A stretch of DNA of 64,000 nucleotides, from positions 32,116,001 to 32,180,000 of the forward strand of contig OX597823.1 in NCBI GenBank assembly GCA_951406725.2. Direction: 5' to 3'. The number at the start of each line of letters is the position of its first letter. The stretch's first letter is position 1. The position numbers and the translations under genes were made by a program. Below are positions 40,801 to 54,000 of the stretch, one piece after another. The stretch is from Octopus vulgaris (Eukaryota). The notes below the pieces were generated by a model that worked only from the letters and a program-made list of their open reading frames with translations, was not told the origin of the DNA and searched no databases.

Positions 40801-43800
40801 CACCAAACTTGGAGGGATGCAAAATGAAATTAACCATAGTAGGACTTGAACTCATTACTACAAGGAATGAAACTAAATATTTTAAGGCATTCAATCTGTT
40901 ACAAAACTACTTCTGGCTACCCCAGTCCTTAAAATCACAAATACTGGCCATCATTTTGTTATTATTTCTGTATATTAATGAAATTATCTGCTGCAGATAA
41001 GAAGAAAAAAAAAAAGCTTTTAAATCTTAGTTTTGAGCTTTGGTTAGATTTTGTTAAAGAACTGGGAGATAAATCTCCCACTGGATAGGATTATTGCGGC
41101 AGAACCCATTCTTATAGACAGCTAGTTGAATTAAGCTCAAGTAGATTACAGTGTCCAGTTCGAGAAACACAACAGACTTGTAGGAGAGTTGAACTCTCAA
41201 CCTGATTGCTTTATCCACACAATGTGGTTCAAACGGAAACAGAAGATTTCAAAAACGAAAGGACCAGTGAACTGAAAGAAAGGCAAAGGTTTAAACTATG
41301 GATTAAAAGGTGCTTGTGCTGGTCTACGTAAGAAGCACTCATGCTAGTCCACGTTAAAATCACCCATGACAGCATGGGAAATGGATGTTAAATGATAATG
41401 ATAATGAAGAAGATGACTTACATCATCCTTTTGTTTGACCAAAGATTTCTTCTTTTTCTCTTCAGCTTTCATACTTTCTTTCTTACTATCACAAGCACTA
41501 AGTATTTTGGCATGAACCACATTGGCATCAGACAGGTCTTTCTGAACTTTCGATAAAGCCTCTCCACTTTCCTATAAATCAATTAAAAATATTATAAATC
41601 AAATGACCAAAATAAAAAAAATAAAAAAGCACAAGCAATAGCAGAGATGTGATCTAGAATTTGGTCCAATTAAATTAAACTTGGTTGTAATGTTACTTTT
41701 CATAATTAAGAAACTGGTTGCCAAACCAGAGTCCTTCGCTTCATTATTTTTATATAAAAATATATATTTTTATATATTCCTTTGCTTCATTATTTTTATA
41801 TAATGTTCTTCGCTTCATTATTTTTATATAAAAATATCAATGTCTCTTTTACATTAATATTAATCCTAACACTGAAGCCGCAAGTTGGTGGAATCTTTAG
41901 CAGACCAGAGAAAATGCTTAGCAGCATTTCTACTGACTTTACATCCTGAGTTCAAATGCTGCCAGGGTCAACTCTGCCTGTCAGCCTTTCACAGTCAATA
42001 AAGTAAGTTCCAAGGGCAACGAGCTGGCAGAAATATTAGCACACCGGGCAAAATGCTTAGTCTGTCTTTACATTCTGAGTTCAAATTCCGCTGAAGTCGA
42101 CTTTACATTTCGTCCTTTCAGGATCAATAAATTAAGTACCAGTTATGTACTGGGATCGATCTAATAGACTGGCTCCTTCCTCCAAAATTTCAGGCCTTGT
42201 GCCTACATACTAGAAAAGAATAAGATAAGTACCAGTTGAACACAGGAGGTTGATGTAATTGACTTACCCCACCCCCCACGAAATTGCTGGCCTTGTGTCA
42301 AAATATATTAATTCTAACATTGGTGCAGTATCACAAATCAATGCATCTGTTAGCAGTGGTACACTGTCAAAATATTAATTCTAACACTGATGCCACATCA
42401 CAAATCTATTCCTACTTGTATTATGTCATAAGACAATTAATTCTAAGACAATATCACAAATTGATTAACACTGGCACATTTAATACAACATTAACACTGC
42501 CCATGCTCCAGGTAGAAACTGACCCAGTAAATTATGTTAAGGGACCATCTTCAAAGCCATAAAGTCCTAATCAATAACTTTAACGATTACAATCAAATCA
42601 GTCTACTTTTGTGAGTATGTTAGTTTTAAGTTCCAGTGTGGATACACAACATGATGCTTACACTACTGATGCTCTTGTGAAATACAGAAATGTTACAACA
42701 TCCAATTTGTGTACCATAAAACTTTGTTGTCAACAGCTTAGAAAGATTTATGAGGCTGACTGGTCTATGACAAACTGTATCAGGAAGCTTTCGATGCTGC
42801 TTCAATTACCTATGAAAGATGATGTGACATTATCTTTACACATTCACACAAAGCAATTCTCTTTTTACCTTTTCTTTTTTAGCTTCTAATTCTTGAATCT
42901 GTTTGTTCACAACTTGTATAGATTCTTCTACCTGAGAAAAAAAGTGATATGAAAAATATTCTTTGAAAATAATTACAAATTGAGAGAGAGAGAGAGAAAG
43001 AGAGGGGGGGAGAGAGATGTGTTTAAGATGTTTGTTGGGAACAAGGTGAAGATTACCCTCATTAAAAAACAAAAATGCTGTAGATACAGAGAATCAAAGA
43101 AATAAACAGAACACAACAGAAGGGGATTAATTGCCAAGGTGAGACGACACCCAAACCTTGCGTGCGCATGTGAGTAACATAAAGAAAAGGATTCCTCTAT
43201 CAGATAAATGTGGCCAGTCATCTTTGAACAGAAAAACAATCAGATATCAACAATATCACTTAGTGATGCTGTTTAGCCTCAAATCAGCTCAGACCAGACA
43301 GAACTTTGATCAAAGATGTTCCAGTTGTGACCACCCTGTTTTTCTTTCAGACAGTGTATCTAGGATCAATGTGATCCAGCAAATCTCTCTTTTTCAAATG
43401 ACAGAGTTTGTGATTGAGGGAAAATTGACTGCTATTTGTAGCAAGTCGAATGACCATGAGAAAACTCTGATTCCTTTACAAAGATGTCTACTACATGCAG
43501 ATGTGACCTGATGACACAAAAATATCTATTCGATGACATTACATTTTATGCCACCACTCTTCAAACTCCATGCCAAGGCACTGAGACATGGTGCAGTGAT
43601 GTGCCACGGCACCATGTCTCAGTAGTGAGCTATGGCACAATGGTACACTCTGTATCGTTACTGTGCCAATATATGGTGAGGTAGCACTTAGACGTGTGTT
43701 GTGAATTTCACCTTTATGTTTTAAACATAATACATTTTTAAGAAAAGACAACTTTAACTACATCATCTCAATCATAAGATAAGATAAGAAAGAAAATGCT

Positions 43801-46800
43801 GACAGTGAAAATGTTGGCCTATCACTTGAGTGACCCATGTTCTGGTGGCATGTAAAAAGTACCCACTACACTCTCAGAGTGGTTGGCATTAGGAAGGGCA
43901 CCAAGCTGTAGAAACTTTGCCATATATTAGAACCTGGTGCAGCCTCCTGGCTTGCCAGTCCTCAACCCATGCCAGCATGGAAAGCGGACATTAAGCAACA
44001 ATGATGATGATGATGAGAGGAAAAGGACATCAAAACCAAGGCAGAACAAGTATCTCAAGTCATTGATAATAATTTAATTAGGGTAAGGTTAATTATTTTG
44101 TTTTTCACATGCCACCGGCACAAGTGCCAGTAAGGCGATGCTGGTAATGATCACATTCAAATGGTGCATTTTATGTGCCACCAGCATGGAAGCCAATCAG
44201 CTGCTCTAGCAATGATTATGCTCGGATGGTGCTCTTAGCGCTCTACTAGCACGGATGCCAGTCATTGAATTTGATTTCGATTTCACTTGCCTCAACAGGT
44301 CTTCACAAGCAGAGTTTAGTGTCCAATGAAGGAAAGATACGCATAAGTGGGCTGGTTACACCACTGGCACAGGCCATGGGTTATGGTCTCACTTAGCTTG
44401 CCGGGTCTTCTCAAGCACAGCATATTTCCAAAGGTCTCGGTCACTAGTCATTGCCTCGGTGAGGCCTAATGTTTGAAGGTCATGCTTCACCACCTCATTC
44501 CAGGCCTACCCCTTCCACTAGGGTGTGGCACTTTTTCAGACAGCTATCCTTGTCCATTCTTGCCAAATGACCATACCAGCTCAGTAGCAGTACATACATA
44601 TATATATGCCAACAGTGGTGATAATAACAGCAACAGAAAGAAGACTCCAGCACTACTGCTGCTGTTACTGCGACCACTGCTCCTGGATTGGACAAAATAA
44701 TAAAGTAAAAATACATGGTTCTTACCTCTTTTGACTTTTCCTCTAACTTTCCAATGGTTTCAGTTATTTCTACCACTTCATCAGCAGACTTCTTCTTTCG
44801 ATCCTGAAGGACAAGAGGTAACATAAATGATGTGTACATGTTTTTATATGTGTATATGGCCAACTCAAATTACATTGTGGGCTTCTTTAATCAGAGAAAG
44901 TGTTTTGAGGGCCGCTTGCATACTTTATGCACTAATAGTCAAATAATCAAAAATTTCTCATACTTTTCATTTGTTTAAAATTATAAAATTGTAGGCCGTT
45001 GCTTTATTGCCACTTATAAATTTTAAATTTATTTTGAAACAAATGCTTTACACAAACAATTTTATTTTGAAACACAATACTTCAAGAAAGTATCAAGCAG
45101 GCTGCAAGACAAAAGTCTGCAGGCCTCAGGTTGGCCAGCCCTGGTATAGACACTCATGCTTACACATAAATATATTATGATATACATAAGGTCTATTATG
45201 ATATATAATAAGCTTAAGAGGAAGTAGACAAGAGAAAATTCATATTTTAGTAGGTGCGATTATGGGTGTGTAGTTAAGGAAGTTCACTTTACAAGCATGT
45301 GGTTTTAGGTTCGGTCCTGTCAAAGAGAAGAAAAAGAGAGAACCTTACCTCAGCACACATAAACTGATAAGCAATGTAGAGTTTAGTCAAATGTTCCAGT
45401 TCTCTGGTGATCTTCTGAAACTCCAAGTATGAAGACCGTTCTTCCCTCAGCTTTGTTAGAGTTGGGTTAATGTCTTCTCGTAGAACCTAGCAACAAAAAA
45501 CATCAAATATAAACATTAACAACTCGTTCAGAACACTACCTTATTTTATAATTGGTTCACTATATTTTTATTATAATTTTTTGTTTTTAGAAGGCACAAA
45601 GCTAATATGATCAGCTGAATGATCCCCAATGTATTACTGGTTTTATAATGTCTAAGGAAATAAGTAGGGCTGTAATGAGATTTGAATCTATAAAACTAAG
45701 TAACCTCTGTCTCAACCAACTCAGTTTCTGAAATAATGGTCAGGAGATTGAAATGTTGAACTATTGGTAACATAGTGGGGAGTTCAAGCTTTACTAGAAG
45801 AATAAAAACAACAATCTTAAAAAAACACTGCAAACCAAACACAAGAGATTATGGTTTCCACTAGACTCAAACCTCAGATGGATAAAACACTTTGAAGTCA
45901 TACACAGAAAGGTGGTAGTGGATGGTAGAATGGTTCACTAAACACTTGGCTTTTCGGTTCAATTCTTCCACATTTTGAGGTCAAATTATGTTGTGGTCAG
46001 CTTTACATATCTGCAATATTGTTACTTAGCCCCAGATCAGGCATGATTAAACAGATATAACCATCTTAATTTTTATTCAACCACAGCATATTATCAAAGA
46101 CAACATAATCTAATGTCCAATGCTTGTTTCCTATTTTTAAGACTTTAATTTGAGGGAGATATGGCTGTTATTTTCAGCAGGTCGAGTACTCATGCAGAAG
46201 TTCCTTTGTTAGTTTGCACTAACAATCCAAATAGACTCAATAATTAAAAATACAAACAAGATATTTACAGTTTCAATCTCAGCCAGTTTGGCATCTTTTT
46301 TCTCAATTGTCCGCTGGGCCGATTCCTTCTTGGTTTCATACAAACGTGTTCCTGCAGCTTCTTCAATCATTGACAAAATCTAAAAACAGTGACAGAATAA
46401 CATAAGATTGTTAAAAACAACACAGATATCTAACATTTGACACATAATAGGTTATGATAGAGTGTAATACCAGTATCCAATGACTCTATAACTGACATCA
46501 AGTAGTTGTGGATCTGATAATAAAGTCAAACTTTACATGACACCTAGACTAACGATGTGTTTGCCACTTCATTACTGAATGAGATATAGCAGTGAAAGAA
46601 GAGGTTGAAGATATTAAGTGCATGATGTATCAATGCCAGTGAATAGAGAGAACCTTATATAGTGTATGAAGGTGTATGGTGGTAAAACTGCATAGTGAAT
46701 GTAGAGGAGTACATGTGGTACGTGTAAGATAAATGATAAAAGGGGCTACATCTATCTATCTATCTATATATATATATATACACACACACACACATATACC

Positions 46801-48665
46801 AGAGTAAGCACATAAATATGAAACAAGGTGGTAAAAAAAGAGTACTCAAATACCAGAGGTCGAGTAATACGCTTTATTTAAAAGCAGCAGAAATATCACA
46901 AAAACTGTTACTCAGAGTTTCACGTTCCCTTGGAATCTGTCCTTTGATTTAAGGTTTTCTTCAATTTTACAATAGGATGAATTTATACTGAATTTATTTT
47001 GTTCATTGCATGCTTAAGACCGTTAGTTGAAAGGACCAATGAAACAAAAGCATTTTCAAAGGTGTAGCCTTTAAACTAGCTTTTTTGTTCTTGTTTGATT
47101 ATATCATCATTTCTGTTCCATTCTAATAAAACTGTCCGACAAATGGGAAGGTGAAACTCTGAGTAACAGTTTTTGTGATATTTCTGCTGCTTTTAAGTAA
47201 AGTATATATATATATCCATTTTCTCTTTTTTCTTTTCGCACATATTTGCTCTCTTTCTTCCAAAAATTAACGCCCTTCGCTTAGGTTTTTGGGGCATACC
47301 AATTTTGAACAGTCTCAAATATAACAGGCCAAAACTGTAGTGATATTTAGAAGCTTGACTGATGAATAGAAAGCCATGAATGTTCCGTCCTGGTTTTCCT
47401 ATGGCCGTCTTTGTATCATCCATCTGCCCATATGTTTCATTGTCAACCATTATGTTCCTGTTCCATTTTTTTGGATTATACATATAATATATATATATAT
47501 ATAGAGAGAGAGAAAGAGTGTAAGGTGTGTGATGGTGTATGGTAGTAAAAAGATTGGTTGGAAAGCTATGGAACCAAATTGGCTTTGTGTATTTGCAGTG
47601 TTTATTTACAAGATTGAGAACAAGTGAAAACAATTATACTTGACATTTTATATACATCCAAACATTAATAACGAACTCTGGTATTACAGCTTCAGAAGTG
47701 GACTAAAGGACAGAGCTTGATGATCACCTACTTCTACAATAAATTCTTCATTGAATTCACTGTTGGTATTGACCTTTATACGGTTTGAACTGCTCTCCTA
47801 GACCATTTGGTGAATACATCATCTTCCAGACTATAGTACTTGAGACTCTATAAAAGGCTGTTTTATTCTAAGATAAGAGTTGTAAAAGAGTTGTTTGTTC
47901 TTAGCTACAAGCAGCTTTTGTTGCAGTTGTCTCATCTGAAAAATGATATCCTGAATTCTATGTCCTGGTATGAAACCAAAATACATCTTATCTGGCACTG
48001 ACAACAGTAAAAGGAAATTGTATTTACCTCTGGTGGTTTCATGTTCAGAACTTTGGTAATACGACCCTGCATGATAAGAAAATGCGGATTGTTGACATTG
48101 AGTTGGACAGACTGGAATAAATCTTGGACACGTTTATGTTGAGCTGACATTCCATTGATCATGTATTTATTACGGCCACCAATAACAACCTGCATAATAA
48201 AAAGAAATACACTAATATATGGCAGAGTAGCAGTACAATACAGGGGAACTTAATAATTCAAAACGGAACTATTTATAAAGTACAAGGAATATTAATTAGG
48301 GCTAGAGTGTACATATTGGACTGTGTTAGCCTTTTTTTTTTCTGACTTTTTCAAAAAGAGATCAACATTAGGAAAGACATCCAGCTGCAGAAACCATACT
48401 AAAGCAGATGTTGGAGCTTGACTCAATCCTCTGACCTGTTGGATTTTGTTAAACTGTCCAACTAATGGCAACATGGAAGATTGATGTTAAATGATGAAGA
48501 TGATAACAAAGTAACCAAGGTGTAAATAAATAACTGAAGAATTTCATAAGTGCAATCTGGATGAAAATACTGATTCATAGCACCATACTAACAACTAACA
48601 AGAGATATATTAATATATACACATAGATCTATGTGTATATGTACACATATACATGTTTGTGTGTG

Positions 48666-48713
<48 letters not shown>

Positions 48714-51006
48714 CATAGTCAACTGCTACAAAGGTAAAGGTGACGCATTAGATACAAATAATTACAGAGGTATCAAGTTGTTGGATCAGGTAATGAAGAT
48801 CACGGAGAGGGTCATAGCCCAACTAATTAGAAGAGAGTCAGTTTAGATGAGATGCAGTTTGGGTTTGTGCCAGGGAAAAGCACCACTGATGCTATTTCTG
48901 GTTAGACAGCTGCAAGAGAAATACCTAGCCAAAGATAAGCCCCTGTACCTGGCTTTCATTGACATGGAGAAAGCCTTGACAGGGTCCCCCAATCCCTTAT
49001 CTGGTGGTCAATGAGGAAACTAAGGATAGATGAATGGTTAATGAGACCTGTGCAAGCTATGAACAGGGACGCTGTCAGTAAGGTGAGGGTTGGCAATGAG
49101 TACAGTGAAAAATTCTGGGTAGAGGTAGGGGTCCACCAAGGTTCAGTCCTCAGACCACTCCTATTTATCATAGTCCTCCAGGCAATAACAGAGGCATTCA
49201 AGACAGGGTGCCCCTGGGAGCTCCTCTATGCTGATGACCTTACTCTAATTGCTGAGTTACTATCAGAACTAGAGAGAAGTTTCAGGTGTGGAAGCAAGGA
49301 TTAGAATCGAAGGGCCTTAGAGTCAACCTAGCTAAAACCAAAGTCCTAATAAGTAAGAAGGCAGACAAACCACAAATCCTTTCAGGTAGATAGCCCTGCT
49401 CAATCTGTAGAAAAGGCATAGGTAGAAACTTTATAAGATGTACCCAATGTAAGCTATGGACACATAAGAGGTGCAACAATATCAAAGGAAGGCTATCTGG
49501 GAAGATAGTTTTTGTATGTGGCAGATGCTCAGAAGCAATAAACATTGAAAATGTGCAGAGAACAACTTCTGCCACATTCCAGGGAGAAAATCTAGAAGTA
49601 GTAGATAGCTTCAGTTACCTAGGTGACCAAGTCAGTAGTGTGGGTGGGTGCTCTGAAAGTGTAGCTGCTAGAATAAGAAGAGCCTGGGCAAATTTCAGAG
49701 AGCTCCTACCTCTACTGGTGACAAAGGGCCTCTCACTCAGAGTAAAAGGTAGACTGTATGACGCATGTGTACGAACAGCCATGCTACATGGAAGTGAAAC
49801 ATGGGCTGTGACTGCTGAGGACATGCATAAGCTCGCAAGGAATGAAGCCAGTATGCTCCACTGAATGTGTAATGTCAGTGTGCATACTCAACAGAGTGTA
49901 AGTGTCTTGAGAGAAAAGTTGGACTTAAGAAGCATCTGATGTGGTGTGCAAAAGAGACAACAGCGCTAGTATGGTCACGTGGTGAGAATGGAGGAAGATA
50001 GCTGTGTGAAAAAACGTCACACCCTAGCAGTTGAGGGAACCTGTGGAAGAGGTAGACACAGGAAGACCTGGGATGAAGTGGTGAAGCACAACCATCGACC
50101 ATTAGGCCTCACTAAAGCAATGACTGGTGACCGAGACCTTTGAAAATATGCTGTCCTTGAGAAGACTTGGCAAGCAAAGTGAGACCATAACCCATGGCCT
50201 ATGCCATTGGTGTAGCCTGCCCACTTATGCAGACCTTTCCTTCATTGGACACTAAGCTCTTCTTGCAAAGACACGTTGAGGCAAGTGAAATCGAAATCTA
50301 ATTTGATGACAGCACTGCATGACTGACATCCATGAAAGTGGAGCGCTAAGAGCACCATCCAAGCGTGATCGTTGCCAGGGCCGCTGACCGGCTCCCATGC
50401 CAGTGGCATGTAAAACACACAGTTTGAGCATGATCATTACCAGTTTTGCCTTACTGGCACGTGAAAAACAACATTCGAGTGAGCTCATTGCCAGTGCTGC
50501 TGGACTGGCTCCTGTACAGGTGGCACATAAAATCACCATTTGAGCATGGCCATTGCCAGTCCCACCTGACTGGCCCTCGTGCTGGTGGCATGTAAAAGCA
50601 CCCACTACACTCTCGGAGTGGTTGGTTGGCGCTAGGAAAGGCATGCAGCTGTAGAAACTCTTCCCCTAGTGCAGCCTTCTGGTTCACCAGTCCTCAGTCT
50701 AACCGTCCAACCCATGCCACCATGGAAAGCAGATGTTAAACAATGATGATGATATGTGTGTGTGTGTGTGTGTGTGTATATTCTTTTACTTGTTTAAATC
50801 ATTTGACTGCAGCTATGGTGGAGCACTGCCTTGAAGTATTTTAGTCAAACAAATCAATCCCAAGACATTTTTTTCTTAACCTAGTGCTCATTCTATCGGC
50901 CTCTTTTGCTGAATCACTAGGTTATGAGGACATAAACACAGCAACACTGGTTGTCAAGCGGTGATTGAGTGGGGGGGGGGACACAAACACCAACACACAT
51001 AGCTAT

Positions 51007-51041
<35 letters not shown>

Positions 51042-54000
51042 ACAGACTTCTTTCAGTTTCTGTCTACCAAATCCACTCACAAGGCTTTGGTCAGCCCAAG
51101 AAGACACTTGCCCAAGGTGCCACACAGTGGGACTGAACCCGGAACCATGTGGTTGGGAAGCAAGCTTCTTACCACACAGCCATGCCTGCACCTTATATAT
51201 ATATATGCACATACACATACTGGTGACACATGTAAGACACCTGTGCCAGCGGCACGTAAAAGGCACTTGTGCAGGTGACATGTAAAGGGCACCCGTGCCG
51301 GTGATACATGTTTGGTATGTGTGTCAGTGGCATGTAAAAGGTACCTACTACACTCTTGGAATGGTTGGCTTTAGGAAGGGCATCAAGTCATAGAAATCAA
51401 ACAAAACCAGACTGGAGCCTGGTACAACTCTGGTTTACCAGTTACAGTCAAAATGTCCAACCCATGCCAGCATGGAAAATGGATACTAAAAGATGATGAT
51501 GATGATATATATATATATATATTAACCAATACCAACCTGTCTAGTAACAGTAATTTCATCATATTGTTCATAGCCTAAAGGACCATGCTTCTTGTCTAAA
51601 TTGTCAAACACAATACTGACGGTAGCTTTTGTAACTCCAGCTTGGCCACTCTTGTATACAAGGTCCTGAAGGTTGGTAGCACGAACCTAAAGAGAACAGT
51701 AATTACATATATCAATAATAATCATAGAACTGAGTGGATTAAATATATCATAGAATATCAGGTAAGGTGTTCTTATAACATTTTCAATATTGACAATAGT
51801 AATTTCTTTGATTAGGGGGCAATGGGTGATGGATGTTGAAGAATGGATAAAGAATGGTTGGTGAATGGAGATGGGGGTGTCTTGAGAGAAATTGTAATTT
51901 GAATTATTGCAGATCCATCCAAGCCTTGCTTAGTTGTGCAGAAAAGCAGACATTATAACAATACGCTCAGAAGGTATTTTTTGTAAAAAAAAAAAATGAT
52001 GTCGATAATTCTATTTTGTACTTTAATAAAAAAAAAAAATCTTAATCAAAATATTGTGAAGATTTAATTTTCCAGTTATTTGAAAATTGCCTGTGATTAG
52101 AACACTTTAGAAGTCTCTTGAACGAATAATAACTGCTTTAAAATAGAACTTTAGGAAACTTCGGTATAAACTTGATCAATCTGTCTTCGAAAACATCTGT
52201 TAGGATCTCGTGTAAGAATGACAGAATAAGAGGATATTGCGGTTGACTGAGAGATGCAGAATACATTGTGTATGAAGACAAAAATGTCTTTATTTGCTTA
52301 TCTCCAAGTGTCAAAAATTAAACTGTCAACTCAATATAAATAAATATGTATAGCAGAAATCATTTACAAGACTAATATGAATATGAAATAACCTTTTTTG
52401 TTTCTTCTTCTACACACACACAGCACAGTTTAAACATCACACATTCACAGACCGTGTGATTCTGCGAAATAAAGATAAATAGCCACGCAAAAAAAGTCTA
52501 AACATCATGATATTTGTTAAGTGACAAATACAAATCTCTCTGTTTTAATAATGCTTAATTTGGTTAATTATTATTATTAAGGCGGCGAGCTGGCAGAATC
52601 GTTAGTACGCTGGACGAAATGCTTAGCGGTATTTCGTCTGTGTTTACATTCTGAGTTCAAATTCCGCCGAGGTCGACTTTGCCTTTCATCCTTTCGGGGT
52701 TGATTAAATAAGTACCAGTTACGCACTGGGGTCGATATAATCGATTTAATCCATTTGTCTGTCCTTGTTTGTCGGGTAGTAAAGAAATAGGTATTTCGTC
52801 TGTTTTTACATTGAGTTCAAATTCCGCCAAGGTCGACTTTGCCTTTCATCCTTTCGGGGTTGATAAATTAAATACCAGTTACGCACTAGAGTCGAGGTAA
52901 TCGACTGGTCCCCACCCCCAAAATTTCAGGCCTTGTGCCTATAGTAGAAAGGATTAACTATTGTTATTGAAATATAAGGAAATGTAACTATGTTGAAGAA
53001 TTACTGTAGAAACGCGCTATATTCCCCCAACAGGTGTCTTCTTTCCATCCAACAAGTTGTAACTGTATAGTATATAACACATTACTTTAGAATACTATGC
53101 GTGTGTGAGTAACATAAATCATAAGATATCGCATCGAAATAACTTATCAGTTTACGTTCTAGGTTCAAATGACACCCAGGTCGACTCAAAATGTTATACT
53201 ATAGGGGAGATTTCAGATTCATACCAGTTAGAGAAAATAGGATGTTGTGACGTTCATTCATTTCCTGTCATTACAGATCAGGTACAAAGTTAAACGATAT
53301 TGCCTCAACAGAGAATTCAAACTCATCTCAGCTACAATTTAATACTTTAATCAGCATAACAATACCATAAACAATGAGCGAAGGAAAAAGAAAAAAAATA
53401 CAACTTTTATATAATAAACAAGCCTGAGGCAACAAAAACAAATATTTACTTTGTTAAAAACGAAAAATGTTTAATTTCAACAGTTAAATGTTTGTGTATA
53501 GAAGATAACTTCTATAGTAGCTGACAGTTCTACCAGAACTGCTGAACCTCTAGGAAACATTCCACTGGCTCGAAGAACCCCTGTGCAATAATTTAATAGT
53601 CTTATGCACACATATCTGCACAGGAGACTTAAAAATTACTGCCGATTTTAGCAGTTTTGTAACTTCTTGCGGAACCCCTGCACTGTACTGGAGGAACCCT
53701 GGTTGAAAACTACTGCTCTAGACACATAGATTTAGCATATAAACAATGACACATAGATTAAGCATATAAACAATGACACATAGATTAAGCATATAAACAA
53801 TGACATAGATTTGGCATAAAAACAATCTAGAGTTCTTATGATAAAAGATAGACAAGCGTAACTGGAGAAATCTACGAGTGTTTATACAACTGCTGAGTCG
53901 GATGGCGGTATTTAGATGAGATTATAATGTCCGTTAGACAGAAACAAAACACGACTAATACGGGAATAGATTTTATATGACATGAATGATAACCTAATAT

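Noticed and set aside
47193-47633. 146-aa minus-strand ORF
   Set aside because: Spans microsatellites and repeat debris; no splice context or recognisable motif.
51770-52330. Unassigned intronic segment
   Set aside because: No open frame or terminal repeats that I could support.
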